A stretch of DNA of 64,000 nt, taken from the NCBI GenBank assembly GCA_013265495.1, contig MU061579.1:1-64000 (forward strand). Reading direction: 5' to 3'. Below are positions 1 through 12,160 of this stretch, in pieces. The notes beneath the pieces were generated by a model that saw only the letters and a program-made list of their open reading frames with translations, was not told the origin of the DNA and did no database searches. The translations under genes and the position numbers were made by a program. Numbering within the stretch: position 1 is the first letter of the stretch; every line of letters begins with the position of its first letter. This stretch comes from Vicugna vicugna (Eukaryota).

Positions 1-538
1 TTTTTTTTTTGCAAATTTAAAAGTTAAGAAAATTACACAGGTGGCATTTTAAATACACTGAAGAAGGCTTACAAATCCCATGTGTGTGAATTCTTGTGGC
101 ATGTCCAGAGCCTAGTCTATATTCTGCACATAGCACCATTGAGAGCGCTTTACACTACTTGTTTTAAGTTTAGTTAACATCTAACTATTCTTTGTATGAC
201 TTGGTATTTCATAGATCAGTGAGGGAATTCAACAAATCTTATTCCAAATTTATCTCTAGTTTCTCTAAGAAAATTACAGATACATCTTCTAAAGGAGATA
301 AATTTGGTCCCTTTAATACCAAATCAGCATAGAGAGTAACAGATAATGATACGAATATTGCAACGCATGTAGTAAATGCATTACTGAGAATTCAGCTTTG
401 ACTGCAAAATTCTAGTGGAATATATTTCATAATGTTTATTCTTTGTTCAAATTTATTTTCCATTTGTTCGTTTTTGTTTTTTGGTCTATAAGGAACCATT
501 TAGATTAAAAAAAAATCATGCCCCAGGATATAGACATA

Positions 539-563
539 TGTGTGTGTGTGTCTGTGTGTGTGT
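539..563. repeat. (TG)n microsatellite, interrupted
   Basis: tgtgtgtgtgtgtctgtgtgtgtgt read directly. Confidence 0.9.
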
Positions 564-1569
564 ATTATTATAATGAAACCATCAGCTGCGGTTTAAGTGA
601 GCTGACCAACTTGCTTTAATGCCCCAGTGAACTCCACCACACATAGTTTTGCTCCTTAAAAGTTCTTTGCAGTACCACATTTAGAGTAGCTTTGCTGTTT
701 TGCAGTCTGGCCAGTATGAGAGTCTGCTGTTCTAAGGGCAATGAAAGAATCCCCCTCTTCTGGGCAAAAATGAATGAGTTCTAGGAAAAGGGCTTGGAAG
801 AAACTTGGGACAGCAGCTGATTCATGAGTTCAGAGAGCTAGATTTTCCTTCAGAAAATGGAAACTCCATCATTACGTTAAGGCAGTCAGCCCCTTTTAAG
901 ATGTCAGCAGCTGATATCTAGTACATTGTAAACCCATAGTATTATTCATCTTTTATCAAATGACATCATCAAAGCGATCACTTTTCTGTAAGCTTTGGTA
1001 CCAAACACCTTTTTATCTCAGCTCCTAGCCACAGAAAGCCTTTTAGTTCCTTTTCCCAGGAGTCTACAAATGTGGTATATCTGGTTTGGAGGTGTCTCCT
1101 GGCTGTTCTACAGAGGCTTAACAATCTCAGTGCTGTATGGTTTTCCTCTTGGGATGATTGAAGAAAGTTCACATTGCTGGTCACCAACACTGATGTGTAT
1201 AGGTAGCATCTTGCCAGGTGGGAAGGAGGTCTGGAAGTGGGTCCGTATATTAGGATCCACAGGTCGTATTGCATCAGGCACCATCTAAGAGGTGCATATT
1301 AGAATGGCCTGTTAAAAGCACTCTAGCACCAGGTCAGAGGCAATATTCTGTGACTAGGAGGTATCCAGGATGCAGTGCACACACTGGGTAGAGCCCTTTA
1401 AGTGGTCTGTGTTCCCAAACAGAAAAAAAATAGGTCTAGAAGCCAAAAGCTGGACCCAGCAGTAGCCACCTCACCGTCCCTCCAGGGACATGCAGGAGGT
1501 CTTTGTGCTTCCTGTCCCGCAGCTCGGGCTCTGCGCTGGGTCCCTCAAGCTGGTTTCTACACGACAGGG

Positions 1570-1710
1570 TCACGTTGCCCTGTGAGCTACTCACTCCCTT
1601 TGGTTCTCATTAAATAATAATTCTTTCTACCTGAGTTTGTTGGAGGATTAAAGTAGATCAAGTATGGAAGTGATACAGGCCACAGGAAGCTGCTCAATAA
1701 ATATTGGTTT
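1570..1710 (+). mobile_element. MIR SINE fragment
   Basis: 'tctacctgagtttgttggaggattaaagtagat...gctcaataaatattgg' resembles MIR core and 3' end. Confidence 0.65.
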
Positions 1711-2399
1711 TGTATTTTATTTGAGATTGTATTTAATAAAAAACGTTTTCAAAGCATACTATTGAGATCTTTTGATTTGACTGAACTTAAAAGCTATTAT
1801 TTGGATCATAACCCAGAAATGTTTAGAAGAGAGAAATCTGAACTCATCCTTTTTCCCCAATGTTTCATAGTGACATCTTGAATAAAGTGTAAAATTTGGG
1901 AATTCAGGATTGACTTTTCCAGTCCTTCTATTGAGAAAAACTGGCTATGTTGTAAAGGTGATTCTTTTCAAGTTATTGAAGACCATAAATAACCTGTTCT
2001 CCAAAACATATACAAAAACATCTGTATTTGACTGTAAAACACCACTAAGATATTCTCCATATATTGGAATCTGCTTCAGCTTATAAAAACTGAATGTGTG
2101 ACTATTCTTATGATTTTACTTTATATTGTCTCTTGTTGTAATCATAAAAGGCAGGAACTTCTTTCTGATTTTGCCAGGGGAAAACCATTAGGGCAGGAAA
2201 AATCAGAGAAATTTAGAGTTTGAGTGAAAGTGGAGCTCTTTATCTTATTTAGCGTTACTACTAAATTTGCATATCTGTAAACAACCATTTCTTCCTTCTG
2301 GACACCAGTATCTGTGCTGGGCATCAGGTTTCATTCCACTTTCTTCAGGGAAAATGTTTCCTTTGGAGTATTATTACCTTCTCCCCTCCCCCTTTTCTC

Positions 2400-2530
2400 T
2401 TCAAGTCAGCAGATGACAAATTTACTGTATGCCTACAAGTACCAAACACTGAAAGGTCTGTGTGAGATTATAAAGATGTTTAAGCGATGAGGATGAGCCC
2501 TGCCTTCAAAGAGTTTACAATCTGGATGAT
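2400..2530 (-). mobile_element. L2 3'-end fragment
   Basis: 'aaatttactgtatgcctac...ccctgccttcaaagagtttacaatctgg' resembles the antisense L2 tail. Confidence 0.6.
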
Positions 2531-3284
2531 GAGTCACATGAGGAAGTTGTGGCATTATTGCATTAGACAACTTAAGTGGAGTTCATTAAAATGTTCACAT
2601 CCTTTGAATACTTCTCTTTGCAAATATATAAAGAATCTTTTCAATAGGAAGACTAACAGTGAGTAAAAAGACCTTTTTTGGGGAATAACTTAGTGACCTT
2701 GGCTTTGCTTATGAGCATCTTTCTGTTGCTGTAACTTTCTCTCTTGCATCTTTCTCAGCATCATTTCCTAACTGGAACCTTGTTTGGAGAGAGTCTTCAT
2801 GTTTCCTGAGCCTTCGCCAGGGTTGCTCGGTTGTTTGTGAATGGCTCAGTTGCAGTTTGGCCTTAAAATGAATTGCAGTTTGTTTTTTTTCCTTCAACAA
2901 ACCAATATTTTGATTTTTCCTTTTTTAGTTGATGCTGGAATGATGTACTTTGCAGTGTGTGGTTTTAAGGGTAGGAGTGAAATGCAATAAAAAGGAACAC
3001 AGGGCAAACTTTTCCCTTGTTCTGAAAATTTACTGCCATGCTTACACATTGTATTCTGTCAAGATACAAGAGCAAGTTATAAAACTCTCCTAGTTTTAAA
3101 ATTAGAGTGTATTCATGTAAAGTATATGTACAATAGAAAAAGAAAGCTTTGAAGTACAAACTCAAAAGAATAATTCGATATAAATACAAGTGTGTGTGTA
3201 TATCCACATATATCTATACATCTATACAACCAGGAAATAAAAAGCGTGTATATATAGATATATGTGGATATGTAATTTTAAGGC

Positions 3285-3502
3285 TGTGGTTTTTTAGAGC
3301 AGTTTTAGGTTCATAGGAGTTTAAGAGAAAGGTACAAATATTTCCCATATCCCCCGGCCCCACACATGCATAGCCTCTGCCATTGCCAACATCCCCCTCC
3401 AGAGTGGTACATTTATAACAATTAGTGAACCTATATTGACACATCATAATTACCCAATGTCCATAGTTTACTTAACAATTCACCCTTGGTGCTGTACATT
3501 CA
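3285..3502 (-). mobile_element. L1MC-type LINE-1 3' UTR fragment
   Basis: 'ttttagagcagttttaggttca...cagagtggtacattt...gaacctatattgacacatcat...tgtacattc' matches recalled L1MC 3' end. Confidence 0.8.
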
Positions 3503-3607
3503 ATAACCAGATACCTAGACAGGGACATTAACCCTCACATCTACCACAGGTGCCCTGTTATTTTGAATGCACGGATAAATTTTATTTTGTCCAGGATTTC
3601 AATCACA

Positions 3608-4117
3608 TTTTTTTAGTTTCTTTTCTTTTTAAATGAAGTATAGTCAGTTTACAATGTGTCAGTTTCTGGTATACAGCATAATGATTCAGTCATACATGTA
3701 CATACATATATTCATTTTTGTATTCTTTTTCCTTATATATTACTATAAGAGTATTGAATATAGTTCCCTGTGTTATACAGTATAAACTTGTTGTTTATCT
3801 ATTTTATATATAGTAGTTAGTATCTGCAAATCTCAAACTCCCAATTTATCCCTTCTCACCCCCTTCCCTGCTGGTAATCATAAATTTGTTTTCTGTGTCT
3901 GTGAGTCTGTTTCTGTTTTGTAAATAAGTTCATTTGTATTCTTTTTAGACTCCACATATAAGTGATATATGGTATTTTTCTTTCTCTTTCTGGCTTACTT
4001 CATTTAGAATGACAGTCTCCAGGTCCATCCATGTTGCTGCAAGTGGCATTATTTAATTATTTTTTATGGCTGAGTAGTATTCCATCATATAAATATACCA
4101 CAGCTTCTTTATCCAGT
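3608..4117 (-). mobile_element. Artiodactyl/camelid-type L1 3' end, 5'-truncated
   Basis: T-rich tail, then 'gaagtatagtcagtttacaatg...tatagttccctgtgttatacag...tccaggtccatccatgttgctgca...ctttatccagt'. Confidence 0.9.
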
Positions 4118-5434
4118 AATCAAGTTTGAGTCCAATGTTAGGCCTAAATGTTAGTGGTATTGCTCTTTAAGTGGGCACTCTAAGATTCCCTCAGGCACAG
4201 TAGGTCTTTGCTGATGAACCTCCAATGCCCTAGATTGGGTCCTTTACCCATCTTCTTATGGGACAGTTCAGCCTGCTCAGAAGTAGAGTAGCTGGCCCAG
4301 CATTTACATCTCTTTTTGACCACTTTAAGCGGGTTGTCCACACAGTTCTAGAGGAAGTGGTGATGACTAGCTAACTTGTCACTACTTATATGTTCTAATG
4401 CTTCTTGAGTGAGGGGCTTCAATCTCTTATTCAGTATAGGGCAAGTTCCTGTACTGACTCCTTTCCTCAGGTACCTTGAAAAGCTTCTTGCTCTCAGCAG
4501 TCACATGGACCATCCCTTAAATCATGGCCAGATTCATATTCAAATCTTTCTTACTTGGTTTGCCCCAAATTTGTTTCCTTTGCATTACCCTTGGAGAAGA
4601 ATTCTCTCTCTTTAGGGTGTTGAGTTGTAAGTAAGGTTGGTTGGAATCATCTCGTTTTCTTGTAGAGCTGCTGTGACATCACCCAGGAAATAAAAAGCAT
4701 CTATAGAACCTCTAGTTTCTTATCAGGCAGGAGCATAAAAATAGCCTTGACTGCCTAGAGGTACAGTACTTGGGCACATATGGGTAGATCTGTAGGAAGG
4801 TTTCCGAGTTTTTCATCGTAAATACTCCAAGAAGTTCTCCAAAACACATCTTTAATACGCCTGCCACATTATAAGCAAAGTACCCCCTCATAATTCATGA
4901 CACTTTTATTTATCTGGCACAAAGCCTGAATCTGGGATTTTATCACCTGCCGTTTTTTAGTCCATGTGGTTTAGATATGGATGGCACCAGTGAAGGATAC
5001 TAAGAGAGGAGATGTGCCTCAGGTCTGGAGAATTAATACACTCCTTGGAGGTTGTTTAAACAATTAAAATGCTACAGTGTGTACAGGAAGTTGTCAGTCT
5101 GGCCACCACTGGAGAAGAAATTACCTTTAGTTAAAGAGTAGATCATTGCATCATCACATCATATATCACATCACATCACAGCTGAAATATGGAGGAAAAT
5201 AGAGTACTGACCATATCACCTGAACATCAAATCATGCTTGAAGCTGTCACTGTATGGGAACGTTGTAGTAACATGAGTGAAAAAATGCATTCAAATTTAG
5301 GCCAATTTGAGTGGCCTTCCTTGTGATTTGCAACTAAAAACATCCCAACCTTTAGCATGTTTACATGTGTAAAAACAAGTAAGTTATATAAGGTAGTAAG
5401 GCTTAATAGTTCTGCTTGCACGTATTTGTACTAT

Positions 5435-5610
5435 GTGGCTTTGAGTCAGGTTCCTTGCCATTTAATCCTGGTTTGCCCACTTAGTGGGTATGTGTCACTG
5501 TATCAGTTACTTAACTCTCCTAAGCTTGTGCTTTTGTTTCTAAAATTAGCTATAATTTTTTTTCCTTCTTCAAAGTATTGTTGTAGAGATAAAGTAATAT
5601 ATGTCAAGGA
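5435..5610 (+). mobile_element. MIR SINE fragment
   Basis: 'aatcctggtttgcccactta...cagttacttaactctcctaagct...tattgttgtagagataaa'. Confidence 0.6.
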
Positions 5611-6238
5611 TTGCTTTCCTTTAAATATTCGTACTCAGGCTGCTATGCCTTATGTCTTAAACTTATGTCTGAATTAAATGATGAAACAGTTCTACCCATC
5701 AGTGCAAGAGAGCAGAAATCTTTAAGAATGATTATCAGAACAGGATTTTAGCCCAGGTGAATGAAGTCAATTTGCATATGGAATAGTATTCAAGAAATTA
5801 ATTAACTCTAATATGAGTATCATTTGAGTAAATAAATTGCAACTTGACCATATTAGTACAAATTAGGGATACCATTGATACACGTGTGTATATAAACATA
5901 TACATGTTATATACAATGATAAAGCAAATCAGATAAATATGACATATATAAAAATATATTGTAATTCATGTATCCTTTTTCTCTGGGTTACTCATTTTTG
6001 AATCTGAGGACCTGGATGTCAAAGCCATGAGCTATTTTGAGGATTCTGTGTCAGTGCTCCTGCTGTCCGTGTGGAGATAAGCCAGGAAATGGCACTTTCT
6101 TCTTCATAAAGTTATTGTTCTCAATATGGATTAGGGACAGGGTGATTGTTGGAGTGAAGTGAGCATAGTCACATATCCTGGTAAGTATCTAAAAAGGCAG
6201 AACTATTTTATAAGATTTATTTATAAGATTTGTAAATC

Positions 6239-6610
6239 TGTAGATGTGCTGGGTGAGCCGAGTGTCTGTTCACAACCTCTGGAGGTTCCCCACTCCAGAT
6301 TGGTAGGTGGCAGATTTAATACGCCAGGGAACTTAACACATGAGGCTCGTCTTAGCACAAGATGGGGAGATCTCCATGCTCTCAGAATATTAAAAGGCGT
6401 TAACTGGGTTTAGTCACGTGTACTGTCCAGATGGTCTTGACAACACTTCACTCGCTCAAGGCTGTGCCCTTGAAAAGGCTCCAGCTGTGGGAACAGTGAG
6501 CAGCTTGTAAATGACAAGGACTCAGAAGAGCTGAGGAGCCTCTGATCGCCTGGGTCTGGCTCAAGGCTCAGCCAATGATCATGTCCTCTTGAGGACCTCA
6601 TCCAGCACCA
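6239..6610 (-). mobile_element. ERVL-class solo LTR (MER73/MER74/MER89-like group)
   Basis: Minus strand reads 'tgctggatgaggtcctcaagaggacatga...gagccttgagccagacccagg...gaccatctggac...ATTAAAtctgccacctaccaatctggagtgg...ctaca'; family recalled. Confidence 0.6.
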
Positions 6611-6704
6611 AGTCATCATTGTTTCGGGTGGAATGGGGATGGTATTGTTTTAAATAGCTATTTAAAGCAACAGGAGAATCTTATTTAAAATTCTAAAGTA
6701 TTAT

Positions 6705-6818
6705 ACCAGGGAAACATTTATATTTGTTTATATAAACATTTATATTTATGTTAATATATGTATTAAATATATTGTAATATATTAATTTTATTAAGATATT
6801 TATTAAATATATTTATTC
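6705..6818. repeat. AT-rich low-complexity tract
   Basis: Almost entirely A/T, includes repeated 'aaacatttatattt'. Confidence 0.7.
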
Positions 6819-7111
6819 CAAGAATCCCTTGGAACTGCTTCATTGGGCTTCTTTTGCTATGCTTAGAATTAGAGGTATGCTTCCAGAAACAGTGGAAAGG
6901 CTATTACTTTCAGCTAGCTCTTTTCCAACTCGCATACTTAATGAATTAAAAAAAAAAAAGCAAATTCTTTTTTAAATGTTCTCCCAGTGTGAAGAGGAAT
7001 AGTTTTGTAAGGAGATTCCCAAGAATTGATAAATACAATTCAATAAGGAAATCTTTCATAGAAGAATACCTGTGCCTTCATGTTGCTTGAAAAATGTTAG
7101 AATTCCAGTTC

Positions 7112-7328
7112 CAGCTGACCTTCTAACAATGCTACGGTTAGGGGTGCTGACCCTGCAGATGATCGAAAATCTGTGTGTAATTTATAGTCTGCCCTCCGCA
7201 TCCCCAGTTCCTCTGCATCTGTGGATTCCACCAACCATGGACCCTGTAGTGCTATATTTGCTATTGAAAAATATCTGCATATGAGTGGACCTGCACAGTT
7301 CAAACCTGAGTTATTCAGAGTTCAGCTG
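7112..7328 (-). mobile_element. Tigger2-derived non-autonomous DNA transposon (Tigger2a-like MITE)
   Basis: Degenerate terminal inverted repeats 'cagctgaccttctaacaat' and 'gttattcagagttcagctg'; internal 'gagtggacctgcacagttcaaacc' typical of Tigger2 ends. Confidence 0.85.
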
Positions 7329-8467
7329 TGCATGGTGACACTTCAAATCCCCTTTCTTTTCCTTCTTAATTCTTTCATGGCATAAAATTGTTCCAGGGTA
7401 CCTCCTATATCAAGTCTTTTAAATTTTCCCTGTAATTAATTCAGGGAGCTTTTCAACATCTCTTCCTCTGTTCAACTTCCCATCTCCTTTACTCTTAGCT
7501 TTTTATTGTGTAGAAACATCTCCCTTCTCCATCTAAATACGTTCTTCCCTCCTTCAGTTTTCTGCCTTGTCTCTATCTGGGTAAGTGCAGTTCTAATGAG
7601 ATGGAAATATGAGGAAGAAAGAGCAGGGAAAGACAAAGGGCAATAGAAAGGAGTACTCAGGCATTAATAAATCATGTCCTGATCAGATGTATTTTAAACA
7701 GTTTTTAAACAAGAAATGTGCAAGATGAATGGAAATAATGTCAAGGAAGCTGAATCATTCCCAATAAACCTGATGTTTTATTTTTTATAAGATGTTCTAC
7801 ACTATCAATATAAAATTCACTCAATTCAAAACAGAGATATTCTTGGTGACTTTTTTCTGTATGTAAAAAAAAAAATGATTGCAAAGTGTCTATTGTGGTT
7901 TTGCTTTGAAAATTCAAGAAGCAGACCTTAATGAGTGTCACGATGAGAAGCATCTCTTTGAAGCGCTATGAATCTTTTAATGTCTCTGTTACACTATTTT
8001 TCAGTGGTAGTGTCTGTAACGAGAAGCTCATCTCAAAGCCTCTACCCGGGCCAGGTACGTCTCACCTCCTCTGCCGGATAATGTTGCATTCAGTTGGTAA
8101 AAGGACAGTCTTAAACATAGTAGTTGTATGTTTTTCTCCTTTGTTGTCAGTTTCAGTTTAACTTGCTTGAAATTAGTACATTTTTTTCATCAGTAAGGAA
8201 CTTTATAATGATGATAACCCTAGCATTAAAGGTACAATGGATTATGAAACATGACAATATTTATCACATGCTTTTATTTTTGAAAACAGTGATCCCTAAT
8301 TGTAGGAGTATGAAATAAATAATCCATTCTCAGTAAGGAGAACTTGAAAATGCCTTCCAAGTTCCAAAGGACAGATGAGGGAGGTTAAAATAGCAGGAGA
8401 AATAATCTGTAGTATGTGTTTTGGAGTCAGGAACACATTTGTTTCATTAGGATTAGAGCTTCTATAA

Positions 8468-8497
8468 TACTACTACTACTACTACTACTACTACTAT

Positions 8498-8525
<28 letters not shown>
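8468..8525. repeat. (TAC)n trinucleotide microsatellite
   Basis: About 19 TAC units with one TAT interruption; source of the poly-Leu ORF 8416..8628. Confidence 0.95.
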
Positions 8526-8529
<4 letters not shown>

Positions 8530-8760
8530 TTGAACAGTTACTGGGAGACACATGTTCCTTTTGTGTGCATTAATTCATTTAATTCATGTATCACCCCTAT
8601 GAATTTATTACTATTATTCCAAGTATAAAATTGGTGACTGAGTCTTAGAGAGGTAAAGGTAAGTTATCTGCAAATATATAATAAAGGAGTAGAATATAAA
8701 GGGTTCAAACAAAAATCGAAATTCCAAAGCCCATACACCCAATTACTAGCATATACTGCC
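8530..8760 (-). mobile_element. MIR SINE
   Basis: 'attaattcatttaattc...cccctatga...actgagtcttagagaggtaaag...ttccaaagccc...atactgcc'. Confidence 0.65.
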
Positions 8761-8781
8761 ACTTTATTCTCGTGACTTAAA

Positions 8782-9180
8782 TGTCAGCCATAGGAAATAA
8801 AATGCGCTCTGGTTCATTTAAGCAGAAGAGCAAATGAACAGAGTGTATTGGGAAGCTCACATACTCTCCAAGAGGGACAGAGAGTGAGGTTTGGAGGCCA
8901 CTCTTGAAGGACACACTAACCATACCATGGGGGAGTTCCAGGGAGACCCCCCACAGCATCTATAGGTCACAGAGTCTGAGGGTCACACCACTCCCTTCTT
9001 CATTGCCACTGCTGCCACTCCAAGGCCATGGACTCTCTGTGTGCTGCATTGTCACATGGTTCGGTCTGATTAAATCCCCACTCAGGTGTCTGAGGGAGTC
9101 TGGCTGCAAGGGAGCCTGGGAAAGAGAGTTCAGAGGAAAACCTACCCAAGGCCTTCTCAGCAGCATTCCTTTCGCAGTCC
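8782..9180 (-). mobile_element. MaLR LTR (MLT1K/J-like)
   Basis: 'catttaagcagaagag...tattgggaagctcaca' and 'ggctgcaagggagcctgggaaagagagt' are MLT1K-like segments. Confidence 0.65.
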
Positions 9181-9200
9181 CCTAGGGTTCTTTGTATTTT

Positions 9201-9887
9201 TGTAACCAAACAAGAGCCTATGAAGCCATCCCAGGGCAGAACCCCTGCCCTCTGCCTCCCCATCGCCTGCATCCTCTGCCTGCCTCTTGTCTGTAAAAAA
9301 CTTTAGCCAAAGAATAAATTTAATCATAGAAGTGAGAAAATGCAGAAACAAACAAGAAAAAAATATTAATAGTTTAATCATTAAGCCAAGTCAGGGACCT
9401 TTAGTTTCTCCTCTTGGGCTGTAGATAATATTCTGAGCATATCCTTTGAGCTGTTTTCCAAGGTGGAAGAAGCTTACTGCATGATTACTGGGCTGTAGCC
9501 ATTACATAAACTGCTCCATCTTACACAATTCCAAGAACTGGCCTCAAGGAAATGGTAACAAACCGACCTTGGAGTTAAAGAGTATCTGTACCTAAAACAG
9601 TCAACATGGTACTGATCAGATCACTGCATGACCAATTTCAAGATGATTGTTGGAGCTGACTGTGCTGGTCTGCATGTAGCCCCGCTCTCTTTTATGTACC
9701 CCTGAAATTCCCTTTTGAAAGCTCTTGTCACCTGATCAGCAGTGGGAGTTGGTTCTTTGGGACATGAGTTTACCTTCTCCCCAGGATTGCCTGCTTCCTC
9801 AGTAAAGCTATCTTTCCTTTTAAACAACACATGTCTCTCAATATTGGATTCTTGAGTGCTGAACAGCTGAACCTAAGTTTGGTAACA
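9201..9887 (+). mobile_element. Complete ERV1-class solo LTR (MER41-like cetartiodactyl family)
   Basis: Termini TGTAACCAAAC...GTTTGGTAACA (10/11 inverted match), 4-bp TSD TTTT on both sides, AGTAAA variant polyA signal near 9801. Confidence 0.85.
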
Positions 9888-9959
9888 TTTTGTACTCAGA
9901 ATAACTACTTTGTATTACAGCTCATCTTGTGTGCACTGATATTTCCCAGTGTATTATGA

Positions 9960-10072
9960 CATCTTTAGTCCAGGACTGGGCGTATCCATCTTTGTCTCTC
10001 CCAGGGATCCTAGCACAGTACTTGACATATAATTTATTTATCATTATTTCTTTCAGTTGATTGAACTGAATG
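9960..10072 (+). mobile_element. L2 3'-end fragment
   Basis: 'catctttgtctctcccagggatcctagcacagtacttgacata...gttgattgaactgaatg'. Confidence 0.6.
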
Positions 10073-10814
10073 CCTCTCTTGGAATAAGGATGAGACAGAG
10101 ACAGAGCTACTGAAATAATTTCTGCCAAAGGAAATGGTGAGTCACACCTCTTGGTTCCTGTTCCAGAACACTTCAATCATGCAATACTAAATTATTCTAC
10201 TCAAACACAGTTTTTCTCTACCTTCCTATTCATAGGCAGAACTTCCCACTTAAGATTTTTAGCAGAATATTTCTAATTATGTGGTTAAAGAAATGGGCAC
10301 ATTGTCTTTTATTCATGGCCATTTAAATTAGTGATAGTAGGATCTCATTTGATGCAGTTTAAAAAATAAGATTATAGACTATTTAGGCTAAGAGCTAAAA
10401 ATCATTTATTATAATGTTTCTCATTTAGAAAATTGAAGAAATAAAAGGTTGAACCAAGAGATTATGAAATGACCTGTGCCTCCAATACTGAATTAAGCTG
10501 GGATGCTGTGGATCCCTGCTGCACTTTGTACTTACAGCATGAAGAAAGGTCTTTTCTGCTGCTCATTGCATTTACCCAATTAGTAGTTGTAGCATGCACT
10601 AGATTCAGAACTTTTATTTAGGTAGTTAGTTACTTATTTAGATATTTATTCATTTATTCTGTTTTGAGAAATTTTTTTTAAAATTTAACTTTAAATGTTT
10701 AAATGTTACTTTCCATTTACTGTTATTACAGAATTGACTATATTTTCCATGTTGTACAATACATCTTTTGAGCATATCTAGGGAGGTACAAACTACTGGT
10801 ATAAGATAGACTCA

Positions 10815-10920
10815 GAACTTTTTGAGGTCAGAGACTGTGAAATGTTTATGGCTGGAGACCCATCGCCTAGGATCAGTCTTAACTCATAGTAGGTGCTTAG
10901 TAAATCAGTGTTAATTGTGA
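10815..10920 (+). mobile_element. L2 3'-end fragment
   Basis: 'ttgaggtcagagactgtg...catagtaggtgcttagtaaat'. Confidence 0.55.
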
Positions 10921-11139
10921 TTGAAAACAAAGCCTCTGTGATTTTGATATTCTTCTGGTGGCTTAGGACAGACACTCATTGTCTGTCCCTTATTTGTAAA
11001 TAATTCAAATCTCACAAGGCACCAAAGCAGAAGAGATTTGGTCTTAAAGAGAATAGCACAGTCATAGGCATTCTTACTCTGGATGAAATTACTCAAGCTA
11101 AAAGACCTCCCCGAAGTCCTGTAAGGTAACAGCAGGAAG

Positions 11140-11990
11140 ACCTTTCTGGTTACAGTGATAAATATAAGGGTGGCTAAAACCAGGCTAATTGTAGCAGCAG
11201 TGGTGAGCAGTTTGGGATTCTGAATATATCTTGAGACTAAAGCTAATTGCGTTGCCTGATGAATTGATGAAGATTATGAGAGAAAAAAAAAGATCCATAG
11301 ATGACTTCGAGGTTTTTGGTCCGACTAACTGGAAACAGGAACGGCAACATTTCTCGAGCGGGTAAGAACTGCAGGTGGGATAAGATTTGACGGGAAGGTT
11401 GGGAGTTTAACACCAAACATACTAAATGTTCTCCTATTAATCTATCCTTGTCAGTTTAATTTTGAGACCTAGCTAGGGACCTTAAGAGGGTCAAGGAAAG
11501 CATTTTCCTCCCATACAACACTGTTTATTCACATAGAAACTGGCAAGTAGTGGATGTGGAAGTTAACTTTGGAAGTTGTGTGAATCTTTTCAGGGAAGTG
11601 GGAAGTAAAAAGAGAGATAATGGCAGAAGAGGTTTGGAATTTTGAGGAAAGGGAAAAAGACATGCCATAGTTACGTAGGAGAGATGAGTGGGCCAGGAAA
11701 ATACAGTCAGGCGATGAGGCAGCGTGAGGATCCGCTTGAACCTGTGGTTGTGAATTTAGTGAAACGAGTCACTGTGGTCATACAGCCATGGTTAGCTGCG
11801 TGCAAAGAGTCCATTTGGAGATAGACAAGTGGAGTTTACTGCAGTATGATTTTTGCCAAATAAATACAGTTAAGCAAAAGAGAAGCATGTGTTTCACATT
11901 TTAGGCAGATGAGTAATTATAATAATAGACAATGGAATTAAACTGGTTAAAGTAGGGGATGAGGGCATTAGTGTAGGTGATATACACAGT
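11140..11990 (-). mobile_element. L2 fragments interrupted by an LTR remnant
   Basis: 'ggattctgaatatatcttgag...gatgacttcgaggtttttggtccgactaactgga' (L2a-like antisense); purine-rich L2-like continuation after 11540. Confidence 0.6.
11412..11516 (+). mobile_element. ERV1 LTR 3' fragment (MER34-like)
   Basis: 'ttctcctattaatctatccttgtcagtttaatt...cttaagagggt...ttttcctcccataca' is homologous to the 3' end of the LTR at 28817-29326. Confidence 0.65.
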
Positions 11991-12127
11991 TACTTAACAG
12001 AGATACCCATTCAGGTACAGCATCTGGTGTGGTGGAGTGCTTAGGAATTTTGATGTTAAGTCAAAAGAATGTAGACTAAGACAAACTTGCTACAACTTTT
12101 AAATACTAAGTTGGTCCAAAAGCAAGC

Positions 12128-12128
<1 letters not shown>

Positions 12129-12158
<30 letters not shown>
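12129..12158. repeat. (AC)15 microsatellite
   Basis: Read directly. Confidence 0.95.

Positions 12159-12160
<2 letters not shown>

Noticed and set aside
8416..8628. ORF with a long poly-Leu run resembling a signal peptide or TM helix
   Set aside because: Produced by the (TAC)n microsatellite and runs into a MIR.
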